Virus record (IMG/VR): IMGVR_UViG_3300049216_000249
Coordinates: 1,842-65,841 of that record
DNA: 64,000 nt
Strand: one strand, 5' to 3'
Origin: a virus
Lineage: Duplodnaviria > Caudoviricetes
The notes under the pieces were generated by a model. It had not been told where the DNA came from. It ran no database searches and was given only the letters and a program-made list of their open reading frames with translations. The position numbers were made by a program, and so were the translations under genes. This document shows positions 8,178 through 18,405 of the stretch, piece after piece; position 1 is the first letter of the stretch; each line of letters begins with the position of its first letter.

Positions 8178-9023
8178 ATGTCCACTTCCGTTGCAGATAT
8201 CGCTTACGCCGCAGTGACCAAACCGGCCCCGTTAGGTCACAACCATCCCCCTTCCCCCATGACGCCCGTCGAGGTTCAGCTTTACCTGACCGATACCGAG
8301 GCGCCCCTTCTAAAGCGCCGTGACGATCTGCTGGCCGGCGTCGCCCGTTTCCAAGCGAAATATCCCAAGATCACCAATGATGAGGATCAGGCCAAAGCGT
8401 CCGATTTTGCCAAGCAGATCATGGGCGCGATCAAGATCAGCAAGGATCATTTCACCCCGGCGAAAAAGCCGTTTCTTGATGGTGGACGCGCGGTCGACGC
8501 ATTCTTTAAGGGGATTGCGGAACCGCTTGAGTACGGCCTGAACAAGGTTCGGGCTACCATGACGGTATATGCCAACGAGCAGGAACAAATTCGGCGCGCC
8601 GAGGCTCAGCGCAAGGCCGCGGAAGCTGCCGCCGAAGCCCGCCGCGTGGCCGACGAGTTAGCCGAGCAGCAGCGCTTGGAAGCCGAGCGCGCTGCGGCAA
8701 AGGCCCGGGATGAGTATGTGGCTCCTGCCCCCGATGATGTTGCGCCGCTATCGTTGACCGACGTCATCGTGGCCGCCCAGGCCAAGCAGGACGCGCTGAA
8801 AGAGGCCACCGCCCGGCCGGCCGATCTATCCCGCACCCGCGGCGAAATGGGATCGGTGTCTAGTTTGCGCGAACGGATCTCGGTTGAGTTGATTGATATC
8901 TCGTTAGTGCCCCTGGAATTCCTGATCTTCAACGAGCGTGCGGCAATCATCGCCGTGCAGAACGGACGCACGGACATTCCCGGGGTCGAGATTATCCGTA
9001 GTAACCATATTCAGGTGCGATGA
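8178..9023 (+). CDS. Coiled-coil recombination-module protein (Gp157/Gam-like position)
   Basis: SD AAGGAG; long Ala/Glu/Arg coiled coil; ends DIPGVEI; upstream of RecT. Confidence 0.6.
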   Translation: MSTSVADIAYAAVTKPAPLGHNHPPSPMTPVEVQLYLTDTEAPLLKRRDDLLAGVARFQAKYPKITNDEDQAKASDFAKQIMGAIKISKDHFTPAKKPFLDGGRAVDAFFKGIAEPLEYGLNKVRATMTVYANEQEQIRRAEAQRKAAEAAAEARRVADELAEQQRLEAERAAAKARDEYVAPAPDDVAPLSLTDVIVAAQAKQDALKEATARPADLSRTRGEMGSVSSLRERISVELIDISLVPLEFLIFNERAAIIAVQNGRTDIPGVEIIRSNHIQVR

Positions 9024-9196
9024 TGGATTCCCAATCTGAGGCAATGGAACCTCTTGCGGCGGGTGACACCAATGTCTCTCGCGCAATCAGCGCCAAACGC
9101 ATTGCCGACGCTCTCGAGCGCATTACTTCGGTCGAAGGCATCATCAATCTGATTGGCGAATTGAAGCCAATCATTGAGCAAATGGATAAGGAATAG
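9020..9196 (+). CDS. Small hypothetical protein (58 aa, not in ORF track)
   Basis: MMDSQSEAMEPL...IIEQMDKE fills the gap exactly; ATGA overlap upstream. Confidence 0.6.
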   Translation: MMDSQSEAMEPLAAGDTNVSRAISAKRIADALERITSVEGIINLIGELKPIIEQMDKE

Positions 9197-9199
9197 ACC

Positions 9200-11056
9200 A
9201 TGTCCGCCACCACCAATCCCCCCGGCAGCAATATTGCACCCATGCCAAAGCGGACGCACCATGCTCCGCTGAACAAAAATACGTCCCTTTCTGATGCGTT
9301 CGACCATCCTGAGTTTATGTCCCGCATCAAGCAGGCGATCCCGCGCCACATGACGCCAGAACGCATGTTGTCCGTCTTCATTCAGGCAGTGAAGAAGACG
9401 CCCAAATTGCGCGAGGTCGATACACTTTCTTTGCTCGGCGCATTTGTCAGCGTGGCGAGCGTCGGGCTGGAACCCAACACGGCCCTTCAGCACGCTCACA
9501 TCATTCCTTTTGAAAAAAACAAATGGAACCCGACCACACGGGAAAGGGAAAAAGTGGGCGTCGAAGTCAACATCATCTTTGGTTACCAGGGCCTCCTTGA
9601 ACTGGTCTATCGTTCGGGGCTTTTGCGCAGCGTCCACGCTGATGTAATATGGGCCGACGAAGATAATCCTGATCATTTTCGGTTTCACTATGGCAGTGGG
9701 TCCGAGCTATTTCACAAGCCAATCGGCGGCGAACACCAGCCAGGCGAAATGCCGGTCTGGGCATATACGCATGCCAACATGAAGGGCGACGCAGAAATGT
9801 TTGAGGTGATGCCCATGTCGAGCATCCTTCGCATTCGTGATGCTTCGCAGGGTTATCAGTCGGCCATGCACTGGATCGACGAAGCAAATAAGAAGAAAAA
9901 AAAGCCGCCCGTTTCTTCGCTCGAAACGCCATGGATAAAGCACTTTATTCCCATGGCAAAAAAGACGGCTTTTCGGGCCGCAGCCAAGTGGCTTCCGAAA
10001 TCGATCGAACTTGCGTCTGCGATTAGTTTGGACGAAGCGCAGGAACGGGGACGAATCCCATACGGGAACGTCATCGAAGGTAAAGCCAGCGTCCTTGACG
10101 GAAGTCTGGAAGCCCTCACCGATGAATACACCGATCGTGAGGACATGACATTCGACACGGGTTTCAGCACCCAGGAAAGCCGCCAGACGGTCGATGTCGG
10201 CAGTGGCATGCCCACGAATACGGAAACACGGAAAGACTCAAGCACGGCTTCACAGAGTTCCGCATCCACGACAACCCGCACCACGCCGGCGGCCGGCACG
10301 GGCTTTGCCGCATACCTTACGGACCAGTGGGGCGAGCTGGTGCAGGACGATGAATTTACCGACGCGATCAACTATGCCCGGGCATTGGTCGCGACGTCTG
10401 AAAAGGCGGACGATATTTCAACTTTGTTGGAAATGAATGCGCCGGGAATCGAGGACGCCTGCCGGGCCAATAGCGTCGCTCGCAGCATCATCGGCAAAAT
10501 ATCGGCGCCCGCGAAACCTGCTACCCCGGTGCAGGTACCAGAAGGACGCGGCGGCGCATTGGCGTGGATACCATACGTCAAAGCGGCAAAGGATGATCTC
10601 TCCCAGGTCCCGGCGGCCGGGTTGGAAGCATGGGCAACGCTCAACCTGCCCACGATCCTCCGGGCTCCCGACCCCCAGCGCCTGCTGATTATCAAAGCAG
10701 TCAGCGACCATGCGGCAAAGGTTGGGGCGCAGGTGCCCGCCAGCATCGCCGCGGCCGTCGTCAAGCCTGCCACCACCAGCAGTACGGCCGCAGCAGCCAA
10801 GGATGATCCCGACGATAAATGGGCCGAAAGTACGATCGCCGAACTGGCGAAGCAAATGACCGAAGATGATGTCGTCGCCATGGCCAATAACGGCGCTATT
10901 CGCTCGAAGCTTGCCGGTTACAAAACCAGCCGCCCAGATCTTTTCAAGCGGGTGGACGAAGCCTTCCGCGACCGGATCACCGAAGTTTCGGAGCGGTCAA
11001 GCGAACCAGAAGACGACATGGGCATCCAAGACGGTGACCCGGGCTTTTCCGGCTGA
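9200..11056 (+). CDS. recT: RecT-family recombinase with long C-terminal extension
   Basis: IPRHMTPERML, SLLGAFVSVASVGLEPN, IFGYQGLLELVYRSG, MAKKTAFRAAAKWLPKSIE. Confidence 0.92.
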   Translation: MSATTNPPGSNIAPMPKRTHHAPLNKNTSLSDAFDHPEFMSRIKQAIPRHMTPERMLSVFIQAVKKTPKLREVDTLSLLGAFVSVASVGLEPNTALQHAHIIPFEKNKWNPTTREREKVGVEVNIIFGYQGLLELVYRSGLLRSVHADVIWADEDNPDHFRFHYGSGSELFHKPIGGEHQPGEMPVWAYTHANMKGDAEMFEVMPMSSILRIRDASQGYQSAMHWIDEANKKKKKPPVSSLETPWIKHFIPMAKKTAFRAAAKWLPKSIELASAISLDEAQERGRIPYGNVIEGKASVLDGSLEALTDEYTDREDMTFDTGFSTQESRQTVDVGSGMPTNTETRKDSSTASQSSASTTTRTTPAAGTGFAAYLTDQWGELVQDDEFTDAINYARALVATSEKADDISTLLEMNAPGIEDACRANSVARSIIGKISAPAKPATPVQVPEGRGGALAWIPYVKAAKDDLSQVPAAGLEAWATLNLPTILRAPDPQRLLIIKAVSDHAAKVGAQVPASIAAAVVKPATTSSTAAAAKDDPDDKWAESTIAELAKQMTEDDVVAMANNGAIRSKLAGYKTSRPDLFKRVDEAFRDRITEVSERSSEPEDDMGIQDGDPGFSG

Positions 11057-11126
11057 TTCCCTTCGCTGACCAGCGCCCTCCCCAACCGGGGAGGGTTGCC
11101 ACCCACCCTGCCCCGAGGAAATTGCC

Positions 11127-11453
11127 ATGACGATCGCTCAATACCGCCAGACATCCATCGCCCTCATGCAGGCCGGAGCCACCCGGCGCGACCTAACGCA
11201 GCGCCAGACTGTCGTCCTGCTGACCTGCTACATCGAGCCATCCCAGCAAACGGTTCGCGGCCTGGCGGATAGGCTGGATCTGAGCAAGCCGGTTATCAGC
11301 CGAGCGGTTGATGTCCTGGCGCGGGAGGGACTGCTGCGCCGGAAAACGGACAAAGACGATCGCCGGTCCGTGCTGGTCTGCCACACCGCCAAGGGCATGC
11401 AGTTGATCACGCGGCTGTTCGGCGAGCCCGAAGCAGATCGGAAGGCAGCATGA
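11127..11453 (+). CDS. MarR-family winged-helix regulator
   Basis: TVRGLADRLDLSKPVISRAVDVL...DDRRSVLV. Confidence 0.88.
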   Translation: MTIAQYRQTSIALMQAGATRRDLTQRQTVVLLTCYIEPSQQTVRGLADRLDLSKPVISRAVDVLAREGLLRRKTDKDDRRSVLVCHTAKGMQLITRLFGEPEADRKAA

Positions 11454-11803
11454 ACGTCACCGGCCCGTCGCCCCAAACGGTCACCGTCCTGCGGGTGGTT
11501 CGGTCCCTGATCTCCGGGCCAGGCCGGTGGATACAAGGCGAAGTGGCGCGGGATGCCCATGGCAACGCCGTGCTGGCGGGTGCCCCCACGGCAACCTGCT
11601 TTTGCATTGCCGGCGCCATTATCCGCGGTCACAGCGACCCATTTGAGCAGGACTGCGCCGCCTGGGTATTGGATCGGATCGCCAGCGCGCGAGGATACGA
11701 GATGCTAGTGACTCTTAACGATGATCCCAACACCACACAGGCGGACATCGTGGCCTGGATCGACGAAGGCATCGCAAGCCTGCAGACGGAAGCCACAGCA
11801 TGA
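11450..11803 (+). CDS. DUF6197-like protein
   Basis: WIQG...CFCIAGAI...NDDPNTTQADIVAWID. Confidence 0.6.
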   Translation: MNVTGPSPQTVTVLRVVRSLISGPGRWIQGEVARDAHGNAVLAGAPTATCFCIAGAIIRGHSDPFEQDCAAWVLDRIASARGYEMLVTLNDDPNTTQADIVAWIDEGIASLQTEATA

Positions 11804-14800
11804 ACGATCTGTTTCAGCCCACCACGCCCGCCGTCGTCTCACTGTTCAGCGACATGGCGGACGCACAGAATTACAGATTCACGGGGACACGTGGGCTGGC
11901 CCCGACGTGGAAGGAGCGGGCGGAGGATAACGTTCGAGCCATCAAGTTGATGCAATCGATCGAGGAACAAGGGCGCCATGCCACCCCGATTGAGCAGCGC
12001 TTGCTTGCCAAGTTCATGGGATTCGGCGCCAGCGAACTGGCCAACGGGATATTCCCGATCAAGGGCAAGCCATGCCGCCCCGGGTGGGAGAAGATCGTAT
12101 CAGATCTGAGCGGCTCCACCTCCTACCTCGAATGGGCCAGCCTATCCCGCGCCACCCAATATGCCCACTTCACCCCGGAATTCCTGGTTCAGGCTATGTG
12201 GCTGGCTGTCCACCGACTGGGCTTCCGCGGCGGGGCTGTACTCGAGCCTGGTTGCGGCACCGGGCTATTCTTGTCCTTGATGCCCGACGAAATGGTAAGC
12301 ACCTCGGTCCTGACGGGGGTTGAGTCCGATACCGTCACAGCCCGGATTGCCCGGCTGCTGCATCCCCTTGCGGATATCCGTGAATGCGATTTCACGGATC
12401 CGGAGCTTCGGCTGCCGAAGCAATGCCTGGCCATCGGCAATCCGCCATTTTCGGACAGGATCGTCCGCGGCGCCGGGTTGAAAAGCACGGGCATGTCGTT
12501 GCACGAATTTTTCGTCTGGCGATCGATTAAAGCCCTCCGGCCAGGCGGACTGGCTGCGTTCGTCGTTTCGCGGTACTTGATGGATAAGGCCACCAGTGTG
12601 GCGCGGCACTCCATCGAGGACATGGCCGACCTCCTGGGCGCCATTCGGCTACCGGCCGGGGCGCTATTGGCCGACGCGGGCACTTCCGTGGTGGTCGACC
12701 TCCTGTTCCTACGCCGGCGTGCCGAGGCGGACGCGATCGGCGGGGAGTCATGGAACACCCTGCGCGAGGTGGAGGCCGACGGCGCGGCCGATCCGGTGCA
12801 AATCAACCGCTATTTTGCGACCCATCCCGACATGGTGCTGGGTCGCCATGCTGTGCGCAGCGGCCAATATGGCCCGACCTACACCGTCCTGCCGCGCGAG
12901 GGTGTGGACATTGGCGATGCCCTGTCGGCAGCGATCTTCTGCATCGGACAAAATGACGCGGTTGAACCCGAAATCACGGCAACATCTCGCCAGCCAGACG
13001 TCCAGCAGAATCCTGACGTCGAGGCGACCGCTGCGCTACCGCCGCAGCGTCCGGTTAGCGTGCGGATCGGCAAGGCCGCCGACGGCGCAACCATAAAGGA
13101 AGGCAGCTACTTCATTAACCCCGAAGACGACGGACTCTACCAGGTCGTGGACGGCGTCGCGAAGGCGGTCAAGATCAAGGCCGGGCGCAGCGGGGAGGGC
13201 ATGTTCGTCAGCCACGCCCGCACGATCCGGGGGCTTATCCCTATCCGCGACGCGATTCGAGAGGTGCTACGGGCCCAGGAGGCCGATCGACCATGGGAAG
13301 CCGCCCAGGCCCGGCTGTCGGCCGCGTACGGCGCCTTCGTGCGCCGGAACGGGCCCGTCAATAAGATTCTGGTCAGCCACGCCGAGCCGAACGAGGACGG
13401 GGATGTAATCGAGCGGTCCCGTCGACCGAACTTGGCCCCGATGATGGACGATCCCGATGCTTTCCTTGTGGCGGCGATCGAGGAATACGACCCGACAACC
13501 GGACTGGCCACACGCGGCCCAATCTTCAGCGAGCGCGTCATTTCGCCGCCGCCGGAACGGGTCATTAATTCGGCGGCTGACGCGCTGGCCGTGACGCTGA
13601 ACGAAGTGGGGTTTGTCGACCTGGACCGGGTCGCGGAAGTGTTGGGGACCGAGCGCGGCGCGGTCATCGAGGCCCTGGGCCCGGCCATCTATCACAACCC
13701 AGCCGACGACGCCTGGCAGACAGACGACGAATACCTGTCCGGCTCGGTGCGAACCAAGCTAGCTCAGGCAGTCGCCATGGCGGCGGCCGACCCGGGCTAC
13801 GAACGCAACGTCGAGGCGCTGAAGGCCGTCCAGCCGGTCGATCTTAAGCCCAGCGAGATCACAGCCCGGTTGGGCGCGCCATGGATACCGGCGGCAGACG
13901 TGATGCAGTACGTGCTCGACGTGATCGGGGTCGCGGTTCCGATCGACCATGTTCCCGAACTGGCAACCTGGTCGGTTGACCTGTCGCGTTTCAAAGGCCT
14001 GGCCAGCGCCACCTCCGAATGGGGCACCGCCCGGCGGGATGCCGGATTACTACTGGAAGACGCGCTCAATAGCCGCGTTCCCCAGGTCTACGACTATGAG
14101 TGGTCGGGAGGTGTGAAGGTGGCCACCCTGAACGCGGCTGCCACCGAAGCGGCCAAGGAAAAGCTGACCAAGATGCGGGAAGCGTTCCTTGGGTGGGTCT
14201 GGACGGACACAGATCGGGCCGAACGGCTGGCGCGCATTTACAATGACCGGTTCAATAACTTGGTGCCGCGGCAGTTCACCGGGGCGCACCTGATGCTGCC
14301 CGGCGCCAGCACCGCCGTAAAATTGCGGCCGCACCAACTCCGAGTGATCTGGCGGGGCATCAGTTCCGGCAGCACCTACATTGCACACGCCGTCGGCGCA
14401 GGAAAAACCTTCGCAATCGCCGCTTTACTGATGGAACAACGGCGGCTCGGACTGGTCGATAAGCCCATGCTGGTGGTTCCCAGCCATTGCCTGGCGCAGT
14501 TCAGCCGGGAATTCGTGCAACTTTACCCGAATGCCCAAATCCTGGTGGCCGACGAGACGAACTTCTCGAAAGCCAAACGGCATCGGTTCGTCGCCCGGGC
14601 GGCCGTGGGCAAGTGGGACGCGATCATCATCACCCACAGTGCCTTCAAACTGATCTCGGTGCCGGCCGATTTCGAACGGGACATGATCTTCGCCCAAATC
14701 CAGAACTATGAGGCCATGGAGAACCGGGTCGGGGTTGACGACCGGGTGTCCCGCAAGCGGCTTGAGCGGCTGAAGGAAGGCCTGCTGGCCCGCCTGGGGG

Positions 14801-16824
14801 CGTTACGCGGGTCAAAGGACGACATGCTGACCATCGCGGAAATCGGGGTTGACCAAATCGTGGTCGACGAGGCGCAGGAATTCCGCAAGCTGAGCTTCGC
14901 CACCAATATGACCAATCTGCGGGGGATTGATCCAACCGGCAGTCAGCGGGCCTGGGATTTGTTCGTCAATACCCGCTTTGTCGAGCAAAAGCAGCCGCGC
15001 CGACCGCTGATCCTGGCCAGTGGCACGCCCATCACCAACACAATGGGGGAAATGTTCAGCCTGCAGCGCTTCATGCAGCCCGCGGTGCTGGAAGAACGGG
15101 GTCTGAGCGAATTCGATAGCTGGGCCCAAACCTTCGGCGATACCCGGACCGAAATGGAGCTTCAGCCGTCGGGCCTCTACAAGCCGGTCACCCGGTTCAG
15201 CGAGTTCGTCAACGTGCCGGAATTGGTCGCCATGTTCCGTTTGGTCGCCGACGTCGTGCAGATGCCTGATTTACGTGAATACGTGAATCTGCCTCGTGTC
15301 AGCACCGGCCAGCGCCAACTGATCACCGCGCCTGGGACGCCAGATTTCAAGGCTTATCAGAAGGTTCTGGCCGCCCGGATCAAGGCCATCGAAGCCCGCG
15401 GCGGGGTTCCAAAGAAGGGCGATGATATCCTGCTTTCCGTGATCACGGATGGTCGGCATGCCGCGATCGACCTTCGCTTGGTTGGGCATAATGAAGACGA
15501 GCCTGGCAACAAGCTGAACCTGCTGATCGAAAACGTGCACCGGATTTGGCTGGAAACCAAAGAGCGGGCGTATTTGCAGCCCAATGGGGTGCCGTACGAC
15601 CGGACCGGCGCGGCGCAGATGATCTTCAGCGACCTGGGGACGTTGGCGGTGGAGGACAAGCGGGGATTCAGCGCCTACCGGTGGATCAAAGAACGTCTGG
15701 TAGCCTTGGGGGTGCCTGGGACCGAGATCGCCTTCATGCAGCAGCATAAGACCAGCGCCGCCAAGCAAAAGCTCTTCGACGCGGTGAACGCCGGGCTGGT
15801 CCGGTTCCTGATCGGGTCCAGCGAGACGATGGGAACGGGAGTGAACGTGCAGACCAGGCTCAAGGCCCTGCACCACCTCGATGTGCCATGGCTACCCTCG
15901 CAGATCGGTCAGCGTGAAGGGCGCATCGAGCGGCAGGGCAACCAGAACGAGGAAATCGGCCTTTATGCCTATGCGACATTGGGCAGCCTGGACGCCAGCA
16001 TGTGGCAGACCAACGAGCGCAAGGCCCGCTTTATCGCGGCGGTGCTGGCCGGGGACCGGTCCATTCGGCGGTTAGAAGATCTGGAAAGCAGCCAATCCAG
16101 CCAGTTCGCGATGGCCAAGGCGATTGCCAGCGGTGACGCCCGGCTGATGCACAAGGCGGGGCTGGAAGCGGACATCGCGCGGCTGCAGCGCCAGGCGGAC
16201 GCCCACTTCGACGACCAGCACAACGTCAAATGGACCATCAAGCAGGCAGAGGAAACGATTGCAAAATCCGAGCGGCTTCTCCCGCTGATCGCTGCCGACC
16301 TTGCCCAGTTGCAGGACACCCGGGGGGATCTGTTCCGCATGGAGGTAAAGGGCGAGGTCTATCAGGAGCGCAAGGCGGCCGGCGCGGCGCTGCTTCGCCA
16401 CATGCGGATGATGGATGTGAACCGCCCCATCGGATCGACCGTCATCGGCACTTTTGCCGGGTTTGATCTATCGGCCGAGGGGCACATCCACCACATCGGC
16501 TGGGGCGACGATCGGACCGAGCGCTACGAGGTAGACCTGATCATTGGGCGGAATGTAGGCGACAAGGAAATCCGCCACGAACCCAACATGTCAGGGCTTG
16601 GCCTGATCGCGCGCATGGAGCGGATGTTCGACTGGATTGAGGAAGAAGCACCGTACCACCAGCAGGAACTTGCCAAGGCCAAGGCCAAACTGGCCGACTA
16701 CCTGCCGCGGCTTGGCGGCCCGTTTCCGTATCAGGCGGACCTGGCTGCCAAGGTGGAAGAGTTGCGGCTGCTGGACCGTGATCTTGCGGCCACCGCGGCG
16801 GTTGAAGACGAGGTTTCCGCTTGA
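11800..16824 (+). CDS. DarB-like N6-adenine methyltransferase / SNF2 helicase fusion
   Basis: VLEPGCGTGLF (SAM binding), GNPPF, Walker A AHAVGAGKT, VDEAQEF, ASGTPITN, MGTGVNVQ, QREGRIERQGN. Confidence 0.9.
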   Translation: MNDLFQPTTPAVVSLFSDMADAQNYRFTGTRGLAPTWKERAEDNVRAIKLMQSIEEQGRHATPIEQRLLAKFMGFGASELANGIFPIKGKPCRPGWEKIVSDLSGSTSYLEWASLSRATQYAHFTPEFLVQAMWLAVHRLGFRGGAVLEPGCGTGLFLSLMPDEMVSTSVLTGVESDTVTARIARLLHPLADIRECDFTDPELRLPKQCLAIGNPPFSDRIVRGAGLKSTGMSLHEFFVWRSIKALRPGGLAAFVVSRYLMDKATSVARHSIEDMADLLGAIRLPAGALLADAGTSVVVDLLFLRRRAEADAIGGESWNTLREVEADGAADPVQINRYFATHPDMVLGRHAVRSGQYGPTYTVLPREGVDIGDALSAAIFCIGQNDAVEPEITATSRQPDVQQNPDVEATAALPPQRPVSVRIGKAADGATIKEGSYFINPEDDGLYQVVDGVAKAVKIKAGRSGEGMFVSHARTIRGLIPIRDAIREVLRAQEADRPWEAAQARLSAAYGAFVRRNGPVNKILVSHAEPNEDGDVIERSRRPNLAPMMDDPDAFLVAAIEEYDPTTGLATRGPIFSERVISPPPERVINSAADALAVTLNEVGFVDLDRVAEVLGTERGAVIEALGPAIYHNPADDAWQTDDEYLSGSVRTKLAQAVAMAAADPGYERNVEALKAVQPVDLKPSEITARLGAPWIPAADVMQYVLDVIGVAVPIDHVPELATWSVDLSRFKGLASATSEWGTARRDAGLLLEDALNSRVPQVYDYEWSGGVKVATLNAAATEAAKEKLTKMREAFLGWVWTDTDRAERLARIYNDRFNNLVPRQFTGAHLMLPGASTAVKLRPHQLRVIWRGISSGSTYIAHAVGAGKTFAIAALLMEQRRLGLVDKPMLVVPSHCLAQFSREFVQLYPNAQILVADETNFSKAKRHRFVARAAVGKWDAIIITHSAFKLISVPADFERDMIFAQIQNYEAMENRVGVDDRVSRKRLERLKEGLLARLGALRGSKDDMLTIAEIGVDQIVVDEAQEFRKLSFATNMTNLRGIDPTGSQRAWDLFVNTRFVEQKQPRRPLILASGTPITNTMGEMFSLQRFMQPAVLEERGLSEFDSWAQTFGDTRTEMELQPSGLYKPVTRFSEFVNVPELVAMFRLVADVVQMPDLREYVNLPRVSTGQRQLITAPGTPDFKAYQKVLAARIKAIEARGGVPKKGDDILLSVITDGRHAAIDLRLVGHNEDEPGNKLNLLIENVHRIWLETKERAYLQPNGVPYDRTGAAQMIFSDLGTLAVEDKRGFSAYRWIKERLVALGVPGTEIAFMQQHKTSAAKQKLFDAVNAGLVRFLIGSSETMGTGVNVQTRLKALHHLDVPWLPSQIGQREGRIERQGNQNEEIGLYAYATLGSLDASMWQTNERKARFIAAVLAGDRSIRRLEDLESSQSSQFAMAKAIASGDARLMHKAGLEADIARLQRQADAHFDDQHNVKWTIKQAEETIAKSERLLPLIAADLAQLQDTRGDLFRMEVKGEVYQERKAAGAALLRHMRMMDVNRPIGSTVIGTFAGFDLSAEGHIHHIGWGDDRTERYEVDLIIGRNVGDKEIRHEPNMSGLGLIARMERMFDWIEEEAPYHQQELAKAKAKLADYLPRLGGPFPYQADLAAKVEELRLLDRDLAATAAVEDEVSA

Positions 16825-16947
16825 CCTCTGGGTGTGCATTTGGGGCATCCAGCCGTAGGGTGGCGTGCCGCCGGCACATCCCGGGGGCCAGGCCGGGGAC
16901 CACCGGGCGGCCGGATGCCCGCAATTGGGAAAGGGTGGGAGGGGGAA

Positions 16948-17211
16948 TCACCCGTGCCGCTTGATCCAGCCTTCGATCATTTTTGTCACTTCGCCGATCA
17001 TGTTCGTCCGGTGGATTGCGCACGCAGCCTTGAATTTCGCGTGCGTGTCCGGCGCCAGGTCGATCGTTAGCCGGACCGGCTTCGGTGGCCTGGGCGGCTT
17101 GATTGGATCGACCTCGGGGGCAGGGACCGGCTCCGGGGTGCTACCGCCCACCCAGGCGTCCAGCGCCGGGTCAGCGGGGCGCGCAGGATGCCGTATCGTC
17201 ACCTTTTTCAT
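16948..17211 (-). CDS. parG: ParG-like ribbon-helix-helix partition protein
   Basis: VRLTIDLAPDTHAKFKAACA RHH motif; coupled to parA. Confidence 0.85.
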   Translation of the reverse strand: MKKVTIRHPARPADPALDAWVGGSTPEPVPAPEVDPIKPPRPPKPVRLTIDLAPDTHAKFKAACAIHRTNMIGEVTKMIEGWIKRHG

Positions 17212-17837
17212 GACCCCATCTTCCTGACCTCAATTGCGATTGCGCGGATCTCCGTGGCCGCCGGCCCTTTGGGTTGCAGGCCGATCACGGTCGTACCGCC
17301 AGACAGTGCCTCGGCGTAGACGATTCGCTGGGTTGTGCTGGCCTTCAAGACTGGGATGTCGAATTCGGCGAGGGCGGTTTCGATGTCCCGGGCAAGTGCC
17401 GTCCGGCCGATTTTCCGTGAAATCACGAACACGGCTTTCTGTGTTCCCTTGAAGTCGCGGACCTCTCGGACAAGTTTGACCGTCTCGCGCGTGGCCCACA
17501 GGTCGGCACCGGACGGCTGGACGGGGATCAGCACCAGGTCGGCGGCGCCAATCGCCGATCTGGCAACTTCGTAGGCCCGCGGCGCACCATCGACGATGAT
17601 GTCGTCGTAATCGGCCGCCAGACCCGGCAAGTCCCGGTGCAGCACGGGTTTGGACATCCCAATAACCTGGAACCCCGGCACGCCCTGGCAGGCGGCCGCC
17701 CAGTCCTGCGCGGTCTGCTGTGGGTCAGCGTCCGCCAGCAAAACGCGCCTGCCCTTCTCCGACCAGGCCGCGGCCAGGTTGAGGGCAATCGTCGTTTTTC
17801 CGGCCCCGCCCTTTTGGTTGATGACGGCCACGATCAT
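17208..17837 (-). CDS. parA: Type Ib ParA partition ATPase
   Basis: NQKGGAGKTT deviant Walker A, DADPQ, IIVDGAP; no N-terminal HTH. Confidence 0.93.
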   Translation of the reverse strand: MIVAVINQKGGAGKTTIALNLAAAWSEKGRRVLLADADPQQTAQDWAAACQGVPGFQVIGMSKPVLHRDLPGLAADYDDIIVDGAPRAYEVARSAIGAADLVLIPVQPSGADLWATRETVKLVREVRDFKGTQKAVFVISRKIGRTALARDIETALAEFDIPVLKASTTQRIVYAEALSGGTTVIGLQPKGPAATEIRAIAIEVRKMGS

Positions 17838-18106
17838 TTAAGCGATGTCCTTCCCGAACACAGAAATACGTGTTTCATGATCAGCGTGCGTTGGCAAGGA
17901 TTAGCCATGGCGGGTCAGTATGCGTGACGGCAAAGCCTGTAACGACCTCGTATAAATTCCCACGCAGGTTCACCCACCTTTTCGAACTTGATCGAAAGTC
18001 TGGTGGGGCATGGCCAGAAGCTTTTCAAAGATTTATCAAATCGCTCTTTCCCTAGCCAACGGGTCCTATAGGTAATGATCGTATAGGACTCTATATAGGA
18101 AGTGTG

Positions 18107-18353
18107 GTGGGCGATCCTGCGTGGATTACACCATATCTAGTGGGAATGCCTGCGTGGATACCGAAAATGAAGTGGGCGACACTGCGCAGACTCGGTGGGA
18201 TCGTCTGCGTGGATAGATCCGACTGCCATAAAGGTGGGACTTCCTGCGTGGGTAACCCATTCGCGCGCCCGGTCAGGTGGGTGATCCTGCACAAAATGGA
18301 CCGTTGGCGGCTATTTTCGCCGGGCTGGTGCGTGTCGGGTGGGCGATCCTGCG
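18107..18353 (+). repeat. Seven iterons of the plasmid origin
   Basis: GTGGG-N5-CTGC(GTGGAT) at 18107, 18140, 18172, 18195, 18234, 18277, 18339; TATAGG x3 at 18067, 18082, 18094 just upstream. Confidence 0.85.
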
Positions 18354-18405
18354 CGCCGAATCGCTCTGGCGGCGTTATGCACGGACACGGAAGGGGCCGA
18401 CCGCC

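Noticed and set aside
18107-18353. Spaced repeats resembling a mini CRISPR array
   Set aside because: Units are short and degenerate with irregular spacing, lie directly upstream of repA, and no cas genes are present; iterons explain them
18277-18405. Longer repA start at GTG 18277 from the ORF track
   Set aside because: That GTG is inside an iteron; ATG 18406 has an SD and gives a typical RepA length
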